A stretch of 63,929 bases of DNA, filler included, from Lama guanicoe (lineage: Eukaryota): the NCBI GenBank assembly GCA_013239625.1. It is 202 parts of 202 records of this genome, joined end to end, with 100 filler letters (N's around TTAATTAATTAA, not from the genome) between each part and the next. Parts side by side here need not be neighbours in the genome. Positions count along the whole stretch, not along the records: positions 23,139 to 23,355 come from PNXV01038955.1; positions 23,456 to 23,672 come from PNXV01038956.1; positions 23,773 to 23,989 come from PNXV01038957.1; positions 24,090 to 24,306 come from PNXV01038958.1; positions 24,407 to 24,623 come from PNXV01038959.1; positions 24,724 to 24,940 come from PNXV01038960.1; positions 25,041 to 25,257 come from PNXV01038961.1; positions 25,358 to 25,574 come from PNXV01038962.1; 194 more parts are not named here. One strand, given 5' to 3'. The translations under genes were made by a program, and so were the position numbers. Below are positions 23,264-35,264 of the stretch, one piece after another (position 1 is the first letter of the stretch; every line of letters starts with the position of its first letter). The notes beneath the pieces were generated by a model that saw only the letters and a list, made by a program, of their open reading frames with translations, was not told where the DNA came from and ran no database searches.

Positions 23264-24406
23264 GTAAGCGCGCGGGGCCCGGGCGGCTCGAGGACCCCGC
23301 GGCTGGGGCGAGGGCGGCCGGCGCCGGGGAGGCCGGGGCTCGGGGCTCGGGGCTCNNNNNNNNNNNNNNNNNNNNNNNNNNNNNNNNNNNNNNNNNNNNT
23401 TAATTAATTAANNNNNNNNNNNNNNNNNNNNNNNNNNNNNNNNNNNNNNNNNNNNTTTCCCCAGCTCAACAAATAAAGAAACTAAGGCCAAGAAAATTAA
23501 ACAACTTGCCAAGAGTCATGTAACCAACAAGTGTGGCAGCCCGTACCGAACCCACACAATGGGGCTTCAGTCCCTGCTCTAGTCACCGTTCTGTTGTCTC
23601 TTATTAATGCCTCAGCCTTTTTCATCTGACACTGGAAAAGTAATATTTTGAATCTTATCTGAAAATAAAAAANNNNNNNNNNNNNNNNNNNNNNNNNNNN
23701 NNNNNNNNNNNNNNNNTTAATTAATTAANNNNNNNNNNNNNNNNNNNNNNNNNNNNNNNNNNNNNNNNNNNNGAGAAAGAAAAGGCTTTATTCCCTGGCA
23801 AGAGAGCTGTAAGAGCATTTTAGATTATGCTTAAAAGTCTACCTTTTAGAAATCTCCCAAGGCTGCAAATTATCTCCTACTCAGATGGGAAAAATCATTA
23901 GTTCTCTCTCTACTCAAGTTAAGAGCTAAGAAAAAAGACAGATCATGAAAAGGGTATGAAGAAAAGCAACTGATATGTAAGTTTTCCTANNNNNNNNNNN
24001 NNNNNNNNNNNNNNNNNNNNNNNNNNNNNNNNNTTAATTAATTAANNNNNNNNNNNNNNNNNNNNNNNNNNNNNNNNNNNNNNNNNNNNAGATGAAAAGA
24101 CGTGTCTGCTGGTGGCATCGGCAGCCTCAGGGATGTTCCGTCTGCCCCTCCACCACTCGCCATGGCAACCTTCCTGCGCTGCAGAAAAGCAAAGTATCAT
24201 TTCTGCTCTCAGCACAAGAGCAGCTACCCTGGCCCCCTGCAGAGATCTGATTCCCCAAAAAGACCAGGAGACCCACTGGTGCCCCCGCACCATCACCGCC
24301 GCCCAGNNNNNNNNNNNNNNNNNNNNNNNNNNNNNNNNNNNNNNNNNNNNTTAATTAATTAANNNNNNNNNNNNNNNNNNNNNNNNNNNNNNNNNNNNNN
24401 NNNNNN

Positions 24407-24510
24407 ACTATGCTGAAGGCTCCTCGCAGCTGCTGCTCTCGGCCGCCTTCCTCACGGCAGAGCTTGCTCTCCTGCAGAAGTCCTTTGATGTGAATGTCCA
24501 GGACATGACG
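24407..24510 (+). CDS. 3' part of an unidentified internal coding exon (YAEGSSQLLLSAAFLTAELALLQKSFDVNVQDMT)
   Basis: Open frame with GC3-rich codons ending at a strong phase-0 donor, ACG|gtgagc. Confidence 0.6.
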
Positions 24511-24723
24511 GTGAGCTGCCAGTGGCCACGCCCCACATCTGTCCCCCTGTAATGACAGTACCTGCCAGAGCCGTCCTTCTGAGGATTATCTTGGGGTTGT
24601 TGGCAATGCTAGGACTGAGAGATNNNNNNNNNNNNNNNNNNNNNNNNNNNNNNNNNNNNNNNNNNNNTTAATTAATTAANNNNNNNNNNNNNNNNNNNNN
24701 NNNNNNNNNNNNNNNNNNNNNNN

Positions 24724-24940
24724 TATCAATATATGACGCAAGCATTGGCATAATTGAAAGGAGAAATAGACAATAAAGCAAAAAGAGGAGGAAATTTCAA
24801 TACTTCACTTTTAATAGTGGGTAGAAAATCCAGACAGATGATCAATAAGGGAAAAGGGACTGAATGACATGATAGACCTTATGGATTTAGCAGATACATA
24901 TAGAACATTCCCAACAGCAGCAGAACACATTCTTCTCAAA
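24724..24940 (+). mobile_element. LINE-1 ORF2 endonuclease fragment
   Basis: gaaaggagaaatagacaa...gatacatatagaacatt...aacagcagcagaa.acattcttctcaa. Confidence 0.8.
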
Positions 24941-26625
24941 NNNNNNNNNNNNNNNNNNNNNNNNNNNNNNNNNNNNNNNNNNNNTTAATTAATTAANNNN
25001 NNNNNNNNNNNNNNNNNNNNNNNNNNNNNNNNNNNNNNNNCACTCACTTATCCATCAGCCCACATCCTGGTTTGTATTAGTTCTCAACTATGTCGATGAC
25101 ACAGTCCAAAGGCAGGTTCACCTTTGTGGTGACAATCCAAACAGTCCTCCATGCCCATATAAAGACTCCTAGCATACGGTTCATGAACTTAAGGGATTCT
25201 GAGGGCTGTCTGTGGACCATCTTTAATCTGTGGGCTTGGGCACTAGTTTCCAAGATANNNNNNNNNNNNNNNNNNNNNNNNNNNNNNNNNNNNNNNNNNN
25301 NTTAATTAATTAANNNNNNNNNNNNNNNNNNNNNNNNNNNNNNNNNNNNNNNNNNNNTTATCTGCATGAAATAGATCTGTGAATTGTCATTCTAAACAGC
25401 TAATGTACATGAACCTGATAGTTTAAACATCACAACCACCTGTGAAATCACTGCTCATTTTAGCAAGAAGATACCTGAACTGGGCATGTTAAAATAAATG
25501 GCCCAAAGTCAAGAGGTAGTTAAGTTGCTGAGTCAAATGAAAACCAAGTCTTACCAGTTAGCCTTATGGTTTTTNNNNNNNNNNNNNNNNNNNNNNNNNN
25601 NNNNNNNNNNNNNNNNNNTTAATTAATTAANNNNNNNNNNNNNNNNNNNNNNNNNNNNNNNNNNNNNNNNNNNNAAAACAGGGACCTGAGGTCTTGTGTT
25701 GCCTCGCAATGTAGGTTTTCCTGGTTCCTGTTGGGGCTTATTAGTTACAGGTTTTATTCTGGACGATGCACCCAGCTAGCAGTTCCTGGTTGGTTAACAG
25801 CAGTTGGGGTGCTTAGTAAAACCTGATACGGTCCCTTCCATGTTGGTTGCAGCTGGTCTTCAGGGGACCCCTCCTCCCAAGTTTTTAGTAANNNNNNNNN
25901 NNNNNNNNNNNNNNNNNNNNNNNNNNNNNNNNNNNTTAATTAATTAANNNNNNNNNNNNNNNNNNNNNNNNNNNNNNNNNNNNNNNNNNNNTGTAAACTA
26001 AATGGCTCTCTACAGGCCAAATTTACTATTAACTTTCATAAAAGTAAAGATGTTATCCTATCCAGGATATGAAGATTTCTTTAAGACGTCATTCCACTGG
26101 ACTAGGCTTCTAATGACTACCTAAACATGTTTGCTTTTTCCCACTTCGTTGCATGTACCATTTGACACCAATCCCCTAATCTCTACCCACTTTGGCAGTT
26201 TGTTTCCCNNNNNNNNNNNNNNNNNNNNNNNNNNNNNNNNNNNNNNNNNNNNTTAATTAATTAANNNNNNNNNNNNNNNNNNNNNNNNNNNNNNNNNNNN
26301 NNNNNNNNACCAGACATGAGAATTGTGGTACCTATGGTCTAGGGTCTGAAGAGGGTTAGTTTCTTTTTAGCCCTGTCTCCTGAGCTACATTCCCTGTTTT
26401 TAACTCATGAGCTTTAATTCCCCTAGGCTAAGTCGATTTGCTCCAGCCCCCAGCCATTTCTCTAATTTTGCACTCTGTCCTGTTGTCTGTACCACTGCTC
26501 CAATATTAAAACTTCAATTACCATANNNNNNNNNNNNNNNNNNNNNNNNNNNNNNNNNNNNNNNNNNNNTTAATTAATTAANNNNNNNNNNNNNNNNNNN
26601 NNNNNNNNNNNNNNNNNNNNNNNNN

Positions 26626-26842
26626 TTCTGGTTATGGGGGAAAGAGGGTGGGTAGGGATAAATTTGAGAATTCATGAATTGCAAATATTAACTACCATAT
26701 ATAAAAATAGATTAAAAAAGAAAATTTCTTTTGGGCACAAAGAACTATATTCAATATCTTGTTATAACCTCTAATGAAAAAGAATATGAAAATGAGTATA
26801 TATATGTATGTATATGCATGACGGGGACATTACACTGTACAC
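26626..26842 (+). mobile_element. Camelid/artiodactyl-type L1 3'UTR
   Basis: agggataaatttg...aactatattcaatatcttgt.ataacct.taatgaaaaagaatatgaaaa...ctgtacac. Confidence 0.8.
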
Positions 26843-28008
26843 NNNNNNNNNNNNNNNNNNNNNNNNNNNNNNNNNNNNNNNNNNNNTTAATTAATTAANN
26901 NNNNNNNNNNNNNNNNNNNNNNNNNNNNNNNNNNNNNNNNNNATTTACCAACAAAAAAGACACAGGACCTATATAGTAAAAACAACAACAACAAACACCC
27001 ATGAATTTTTCTGTAAAGACAAAACCCTCTGCACAAGTGGATCAATATACCGTATCTTAAGATCAGAAGCGTTAAAGGGCTAAAGACATCCATGCTCTCA
27101 AAAGTAGTATATAAATTCAGTACAAGGCCAATTAAAAACTAGAGGGTATTCTGGGGGGGNNNNNNNNNNNNNNNNNNNNNNNNNNNNNNNNNNNNNNNNN
27201 NNNTTAATTAATTAANNNNNNNNNNNNNNNNNNNNNNNNNNNNNNNNNNNNNNNNNNNNCCAAGATGTTAGAGAAAACAGTGATGGTGGGAAAATATGTT
27301 TTCTACAACTGAGCTTCCAAAGAACTTCCTGGGAGATTTGCAACTTCTATTTCTATATGAGAAAACACTCTTGAGGTCGAAACTGCACAAAGAATTGAAT
27401 GGGGCTGGGGGTAGGTGGGAAAGAGAGAAAATTTTCTTTCTGTGAATGCAAACATGCTGAACCAGTAAGATGTAGGNNNNNNNNNNNNNNNNNNNNNNNN
27501 NNNNNNNNNNNNNNNNNNNNTTAATTAATTAANNNNNNNNNNNNNNNNNNNNNNNNNNNNNNNNNNNNNNNNNNNNTTTCCTAAAACTTTCTCACCTAAA
27601 ACCAAAAGAACTATTTCTTACCTAAAACTAAAGGAAATACTTAGCAGAAACCTTGACCACCTTACTCATTTTTAAGTCAGAGATAAAAAGAAAACATAAT
27701 ACTTTTATGGAATAAATCACAGGTAGCACTTGGTATGTTCCAGGCACCATTCTAATGTTCACGGATGTCAACTTGTATAACTTCTTAAGCATCNNNNNNN
27801 NNNNNNNNNNNNNNNNNNNNNNNNNNNNNNNNNNNNNTTAATTAATTAANNNNNNNNNNNNNNNNNNNNNNNNNNNNNNNNNNNNNNNNNNNNCAGCCGC
27901 TGCTCTTTCTCCTCTGTCCCCGAGGCTAGTGTTCCTTGTGCCAGCCTTTCACGTTTCCTTCTAAATCTGTGTGCCTTTCCATTGATCACACTTTTTTTTA
28001 GCATAAGG

Positions 28009-28110
28009 CAGTGTTTCTCAAACTACAATCAGAGCCATCTGGAGGGCTATTAAAGCACAGGTTGCTGCTGTCAACCCCGGAATTTCTGCTCTGGCAAGTC
28101 TGAGGTAGAG
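28009..28110 (+). mobile_element. MER5A (hAT-Charlie MITE) fragment
   Basis: cagtg.ttctcaaact...ca.ctggagggct.ttaaa.cacag.ttgctg...tttctg. Confidence 0.7.
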
Positions 28111-28210
28111 NNNNNNNNNNNNNNNNNNNNNNNNNNNNNNNNNNNNNNNNNNNNTTAATTAATTAANNNNNNNNNNNNNNNNNNNNNNNNNNNNNNNNNN
28201 NNNNNNNNNN

Positions 28211-28427
28211 TTTGAGATTTTTCTTATTTCCTGAGGTAGACTTGTATCACTATAAACTTCCCTCTTAGAACAGCTCTTGCTGTATCTCATAAGTTTTGGA
28301 TTGTCGTGTTTTTATTTTGGTTTGTCTTTAGGTATTTTTAAATTTTTTTCTTTGATTTCTTCAGTGATCCATTGGTTGTTTAGTAGCATGTTGCTTCGCC
28401 TCACATATTTGTATTTTTGCATTTTTT
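28211..28427 (-). mobile_element. LINE-1 ORF2 fragment
   Basis: ctataaacttccctcttagaac.gct.ttgctg.atc.cataa.ttttgg and ttgatttcttcagtgatccattggttgtttagtagcat. Confidence 0.88.
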
Positions 28428-28527
28428 NNNNNNNNNNNNNNNNNNNNNNNNNNNNNNNNNNNNNNNNNNNNTTAATTAATTAANNNNNNNNNNNNNNNNN
28501 NNNNNNNNNNNNNNNNNNNNNNNNNNN

Positions 28528-28678
28528 GTGACATGGTGACATGAAATGACAAAATGCTGTTGGGAAAATGACACCAATAGACTTGTCCAATGCAGAGTTG
28601 CCACAAACCTTCAATTTATAAAAAATATGTATCTGAAAGGAGCAATAAAGTGAACCCCAATGAAACTAGGTGTGCCTG
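28528..28678 (+). mobile_element. Tigger1 (TcMar DNA transposon) 3' end with terminal inverted repeat and TA target site
   Basis: gttgccacaaaccttcaattt.taaaaaa...aggtgtgcctg followed by TA. Confidence 0.85.
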
Positions 28679-31380
28679 TATTCTGCTAGAGCAAACCTAG
28701 CAAGCCAATATACCACCTTACATCCACTTACCACCCCCATCATTNNNNNNNNNNNNNNNNNNNNNNNNNNNNNNNNNNNNNNNNNNNNTTAATTAATTAA
28801 NNNNNNNNNNNNNNNNNNNNNNNNNNNNNNNNNNNNNNNNNNNNAAGAAAAGACAAGAAAGGAGGACTAGATAAATTAACATAAATTAAAACAGTAGACA
28901 ACTACACAACAAATTAAGAAATGATTGGTATCATATCCAACAATATTAATGTTTATATTAAATGTTACTGAACAAACTGCTACAACTAAAAGGCAAAGAT
29001 TGTCAGAAAGGAATAAATTTAAAACATAAACAAAAGAAAAACCTAGCCCCAACTAATCTTCNNNNNNNNNNNNNNNNNNNNNNNNNNNNNNNNNNNNNNN
29101 NNNNNTTAATTAATTAANNNNNNNNNNNNNNNNNNNNNNNNNNNNNNNNNNNNNNNNNNNNACAGGTGTCTTTCCTGCTGAATGATTCTAAGTAAAGTCA
29201 TGGCTGTCTATGATGGAAATTTCTCACTGAACACTAGCAAGAAGGGTAGTGATGTGTATTATTCACTAGCAGGGAGACTGGATGGTGTGGGGTAGAGGAA
29301 GGGTGCACACATGTGCTCTGGTGCTGATAAGAGATTATGGTGCTCAGAAGCAGTCACTGAGGTCTCTGAATATTGACTNNNNNNNNNNNNNNNNNNNNNN
29401 NNNNNNNNNNNNNNNNNNNNNNTTAATTAATTAANNNNNNNNNNNNNNNNNNNNNNNNNNNNNNNNNNNNNNNNNNNNATAAAGCCAACCACAAAGTAAG
29501 AATCAACAGAATGCAGTAATTCAATCAAAAGGACACTGAAATGTGTTTACACATATTCAACAAATCAACCATCTAAATTATAAATCATTAGTTCATTTGT
29601 CATCATCTTCTTCCTCTCCGCCTACTCCTTCTTTACTACATATAAATGATATCATACGGTATTTTTCTTTCTGTTTCCAACCCACTTCTGTTAAANNNNN
29701 NNNNNNNNNNNNNNNNNNNNNNNNNNNNNNNNNNNNNNNTTAATTAATTAANNNNNNNNNNNNNNNNNNNNNNNNNNNNNNNNNNNNNNNNNNNNAGAAA
29801 ACTTCCCAGGTTGAGGGGCTCACCCCCTCTGCACCTCTGCCATTTTCTCCGCAATGGTTGGTTCTAAGTGACTGCACACTCCTTTGGGGCAGGAAGCAAG
29901 GCTCATTACTGATGTTTGCATCCCTGTGTTGACCTGGTCAGAGTTTGTATCTCCACTGATGTCTCCCAAACACTTTCTGCACCCCAGGTCCTCCCTCTCG
30001 AGCTTTACGCCCNNNNNNNNNNNNNNNNNNNNNNNNNNNNNNNNNNNNNNNNNNNNTTAATTAATTAANNNNNNNNNNNNNNNNNNNNNNNNNNNNNNNN
30101 NNNNNNNNNNNNGTGCTGGGTGCAGAGGTGCCCCGTGTTCCCTCATCAAATCACACGACAGGACGTTTTTACCAGAGCGTAACGTTTTTGTCTTTGCTGT
30201 TGACTTCCTACTGTCACTGAAAGCCCTGTGAGAGGCAACGCTGAATGGGCGTGACACAGTTTCGTGAATATATAACGGGGCATTAAAGAAAGCGCATCTG
30301 CTTATTGGGACGTGGGAGGGATTTTGCACNNNNNNNNNNNNNNNNNNNNNNNNNNNNNNNNNNNNNNNNNNNNTTAATTAATTAANNNNNNNNNNNNNNN
30401 NNNNNNNNNNNNNNNNNNNNNNNNNNNNNCCTGCCACCCGGGAGCCGGCAGCTTGCTCCGCTCCACCCCACGGCGTGGTCTGGGAGCGTCCTCTGCTGCC
30501 CAAGAAGCCGGATGCCCATCTTCAGGTGATCTTGCTGCTGGGGGGCGGGCGCCGTTCGGTCAGGGTGAGGGTAAGCTGGCGCAAATAGTTTCTCTCCATG
30601 GCTTGTCTTTTCATTTGCTTAGCAGTGTTTTGAAGAGCTTTGAAGTNNNNNNNNNNNNNNNNNNNNNNNNNNNNNNNNNNNNNNNNNNNNTTAATTAATT
30701 AANNNNNNNNNNNNNNNNNNNNNNNNNNNNNNNNNNNNNNNNNNNNCATCTGGATAGTAGGATAATTTGAACTGATTTTGCAGCAAAAGAAAAATCCTTT
30801 CAAATACAATTATTGCATTTCATTATCAAATATAAAAAGTATTATTCCCATTTTAGAGATATTAAGCTTAGCTAACATGTGTTGAGTGCCAGATACTGTG
30901 CTAGTTTTTTTTGGAGATAATCTCACTAAGCTCTCACACAATCATCTGAGATTGTCTCTCTCCNNNNNNNNNNNNNNNNNNNNNNNNNNNNNNNNNNNNN
31001 NNNNNNNTTAATTAATTAANNNNNNNNNNNNNNNNNNNNNNNNNNNNNNNNNNNNNNNNNNNNCAGCTTTGATAAGGTAGGGAGATAAAAGCATCAGCAT
31101 CCTGCCTGGAACACCGTGGTTGACAATGGGTCCTGAACAAAAACAGCAGCCGCGAGAATGGTGTTTCCCAAAGGAGGTGCCCAGACATGAAACTCGCTGT
31201 TTTGCCTGAACTGAAACTATGTTCCAGATCGGCACTAGAATTATAGTGGAAGAGATGTCACACCTGGAGATGTAGTCACTNNNNNNNNNNNNNNNNNNNN
31301 NNNNNNNNNNNNNNNNNNNNNNNNTTAATTAATTAANNNNNNNNNNNNNNNNNNNNNNNNNNNNNNNNNNNNNNNNNNNN

Positions 31381-31596
31381 TCATCTGTTGATGGACATTT
31401 AGGTTGTTTCCATGTCTTGGCTATTATGAATAGTGCTGATATGAACATCAGGGTGGATGTATCATTTCAAATTAGTTTTCAACTTTTCTGGATATATGCC
31501 CAGGAGTGGGATTACTAGATCATATGGCAGCTCTATTTTTAGTGTTATAAGGAAACTCCATACTGTTTTCCACAGTGGCTGCACCAATTTACATTC
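31381..31596 (-). mobile_element. LINE-1 ORF2 C-terminal fragment
   Basis: tcatctgttgatggacatttaggttgtttccatgtcttggctatt...ctccatactgttttccacagtggctgcaccaatttacattc. Confidence 0.93.
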
Positions 31597-31696
31597 NNNN
31601 NNNNNNNNNNNNNNNNNNNNNNNNNNNNNNNNNNNNNNNNTTAATTAATTAANNNNNNNNNNNNNNNNNNNNNNNNNNNNNNNNNNNNNNNNNNNN

Positions 31697-31913
31697 TCAC
31701 ACTAGGCCAGGGAGGAGGCTGGGCGGGGGAGCGCGGGGGGCACGCAGGGCGCGGACACTCACCACTTCACGCGGGAGGAGCCCTCGCCCGTGAGGTTGCT
31801 GGAGCGCGGTCCCGCGGCGACCAGCTCGGGGCCCGCGCCTGCCGCCGCCGCCGCCGCCGCCGCGCGCGCTGAGCTCAATGTTTCGCGGCCGCCGCTCGGC
31901 CCGCGCTGGGCCT
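31697..31913 (-). promoter_or_regulatory. CpG-island first exon with (CGG)7 (31841-31861) and GTGAGT donor (31757-31762)
   Basis: Minus strand reads gaagtg|gtgagt; CpG-dense; gene not recognised. Confidence 0.6.
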
Positions 31914-32013
31914 NNNNNNNNNNNNNNNNNNNNNNNNNNNNNNNNNNNNNNNNNNNNTTAATTAATTAANNNNNNNNNNNNNNNNNNNNNNNNNNNNNNN
32001 NNNNNNNNNNNNN

Positions 32014-32230
32014 CAGAGCAACTGCCTAATAATGAGTAAAATTATGAACAATTAATGACTACTAGCCCTTTCAACCAGTTCCTAACATACTACCTTCTTT
32101 GTCTTAATATCTTATTGGTTTAGCATCACACAGTGCTTGAACCATCAATTTTCTCTTTTACATGACTCAGTACCAAGGTTCAAGGGGTCTTACAGGTGAA
32201 AATTTTACCAAGCTGGCTTTATTGCCTCTC
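32014..32230. repeat. Bubble/haplotype arm; partner at 32331-32547
   Basis: Identical except at offsets 50, 94, 130 and 168. Confidence 0.95.
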
Positions 32231-33281
32231 NNNNNNNNNNNNNNNNNNNNNNNNNNNNNNNNNNNNNNNNNNNNTTAATTAATTAANNNNNNNNNNNNNN
32301 NNNNNNNNNNNNNNNNNNNNNNNNNNNNNNCAGAGCAACTGCCTAATAATGAGTAAAATTATGAACAATTAATGACTACCAGCCCTTTCAACCAGTTCCT
32401 AACATACTACCTTCTTTGTCTTAGTATCTTATTGGTTTAGCATCACACAGTGCTTGAACTATCAATTTTCTCTTTTACATGACTCAGTACCAAGGTTAAA
32501 GGGGTCTTACAGGTGAAAATTTTACCAAGCTGGCTTTATTGCCTCTCNNNNNNNNNNNNNNNNNNNNNNNNNNNNNNNNNNNNNNNNNNNNTTAATTAAT
32601 TAANNNNNNNNNNNNNNNNNNNNNNNNNNNNNNNNNNNNNNNNNNNNATAAATAACACTTTGTGGCCTGTAAACGTGTATTATCAATTCCTCTGCTGTCT
32701 TCTTTTTCTACCACTTGAGAAAAGGGGTCTGGGGCACTTAGTTCAAAAGGGGAAGAAGTCATGGACTTGATACCCAGAGAGAACTTAGCACCAAATCAAA
32801 CCACCTTCCCGCCTCCTGGACAGGTAGGCTCTGGGAGAGGCTGTGTGGTTAGTTCTGGGTGATTNNNNNNNNNNNNNNNNNNNNNNNNNNNNNNNNNNNN
32901 NNNNNNNNTTAATTAATTAANNNNNNNNNNNNNNNNNNNNNNNNNNNNNNNNNNNNNNNNNNNNTCTTTATATGCAGTCAGGCAACAAGAAATTCCTTGG
33001 TGGCCACTTGGCCTAGCTCTGAGTGAAGGAGATGTAGGTGCAAGACAAGCTGGCAGCTTCCTGTGCACGGCTGCTCAAGGGGAGGGGAGAGTGGGCATAG
33101 CCTCACCAAACAGGCCCTGAACTGTGGGGGGTGAGCCCAGTGCTGGGGGCTGGAGGGAACGGGGAACACAGACACAGGTGCNNNNNNNNNNNNNNNNNNN
33201 NNNNNNNNNNNNNNNNNNNNNNNNNTTAATTAATTAANNNNNNNNNNNNNNNNNNNNNNNNNNNNNNNNNNNNNNNNNNNN

Positions 33282-33498
33282 TCATGGAGCAATTCCCTTG
33301 GAAAGTAATTCAGAAACAAACTCAGTGACTGTACACATCAGGCAAATGTGGAAATATCCACAGCAAAATGGGTAACAAAGGCCGAGATGCCCTCTGTCTA
33401 TAAACTTCATCCCCAGTAAGTAGAGGAACCCCAAACTCTCCATTCCTCCCTCGGAGCAAAGAGTTTGAACCGTATTTCTAGCATCCCAACTTTTAAGG
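33282..33498. repeat. Bubble/haplotype arm; partner at 33916-34132 (sequence resembles an old L1 5'UTR)
   Basis: Identical except at offsets 50, 89, 116, 136 and 168; the L1 5'UTR assignment is tentative. Confidence 0.9.
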
Positions 33499-35218
33499 NN
33501 NNNNNNNNNNNNNNNNNNNNNNNNNNNNNNNNNNNNNNNNNNTTAATTAATTAANNNNNNNNNNNNNNNNNNNNNNNNNNNNNNNNNNNNNNNNNNNNAA
33601 TAGAGTTAACAGCACAGGGTAATCCAGACCCCTCCTCCTCACAGAACGAGGCTGCCAGGAACCATGCTTCTCAGCACTGCCCCCCACGGTGCCCTGTTTC
33701 CCCTCTCAGGAGTCAGCCCTGTCCCCCGAGCCCTGGGACGCCCCAGCTGGAGATCCTCCATCACCGTGTCTGCTGCCAGTCCCCTCCGTCTGTGTTAGTG
33801 GTCAGCCTCCACGTGNNNNNNNNNNNNNNNNNNNNNNNNNNNNNNNNNNNNNNNNNNNNTTAATTAATTAANNNNNNNNNNNNNNNNNNNNNNNNNNNNN
33901 NNNNNNNNNNNNNNNTCATGGAGCAATTCCCTTGGAAAGTAATTCAGAAACAAACTCAGTGACTATACACATCAGGCAAATGTGGAAATATCCACAGCAA
34001 AATTGGTAACAAAGGCCGAGATGCCCTCTGGCTATAAACTTCATCCCCAGGAAGTAGAGGAACCCCAAACTCTCCATTCCTCTCTCGGAGCAAAGAGTTT
34101 GAACCGTATTTCTAGCATCCCAACTTTTAAGGNNNNNNNNNNNNNNNNNNNNNNNNNNNNNNNNNNNNNNNNNNNNTTAATTAATTAANNNNNNNNNNNN
34201 NNNNNNNNNNNNNNNNNNNNNNNNNNNNNNNNTGAACAATTATTCTGTGCCACCATAACATTAGTATCTTCTCCTGTAATTGTGGGAAACCATAACATCT
34301 AACTGGTATGATTGCCGTAAAGAATAAACAAGGTAATAGATATTAAAGAACTTTGTCAAAGGGAAATTGATACGGTTGGTAAATGATTTCTCTGAGGCTA
34401 ATAGAGTTAATTAGGTATATCTGCCAGCTAATCCATTTAATAAAAGACANNNNNNNNNNNNNNNNNNNNNNNNNNNNNNNNNNNNNNNNNNNNTTAATTA
34501 ATTAANNNNNNNNNNNNNNNNNNNNNNNNNNNNNNNNNNNNNNNNNNNNTACCCCTTAGGACATACTTTTTGTTACATTGTTGCTAGCCTGCATGGCTCT
34601 ATTCATTCATTCAACAATTATTTCTACCTTTCTACTGCTCATATGTGCCAGGTACTGAGTACTGGGGACCTCACAAGGACCAGTCAGATACAGTCCTTGC
34701 CTGGATGAAGCTTAAGGTCTAGTAAAAGTGATGGGCATTAATCAATCACACGATAGATATTTAAATNNNNNNNNNNNNNNNNNNNNNNNNNNNNNNNNNN
34801 NNNNNNNNNNTTAATTAATTAANNNNNNNNNNNNNNNNNNNNNNNNNNNNNNNNNNNNNNNNNNNNAGTGACTCTTAACCTTCTATGGATTATGGGTGCC
34901 TTTGAGAATCTGGAGAATTCCACACCTCAGAAAGATTCTTACATGCGCATCGTGAGTTGGACTTCTCTCCTATTGCAAAGAACAGACACTGACTTTGGCT
35001 AAATTTAAGCAAAAGAGGGATTTGGTGGAAGGAAATGGAGTGGAAGAGGACAAAGAGCTGCTTTGGGACTGAGGCAGCAGGAANNNNNNNNNNNNNNNNN
35101 NNNNNNNNNNNNNNNNNNNNNNNNNNNTTAATTAATTAANNNNNNNNNNNNNNNNNNNNNNNNNNNNNNNNNNNNNNNNNNNNAGCCCTTGGAGAGCATT
35201 CGATTATATCTTATATGT

Positions 35219-35264
35219 ATGTTCTCATAGACTTTAATACAATGTTCTCATAGAGTTTAATACA
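35219..35264. repeat. 23-bp tandem duplication
   Basis: atgttctcataga(c/g)tttaataca occurs twice. Confidence 0.9.

Noticed and set aside
32014..32547. Genuine tandem duplication of adjacent near-identical fragments
   Set aside because: Adjacency reflects contig ordering, and the 49-bp identical flanks indicate bubble arms.
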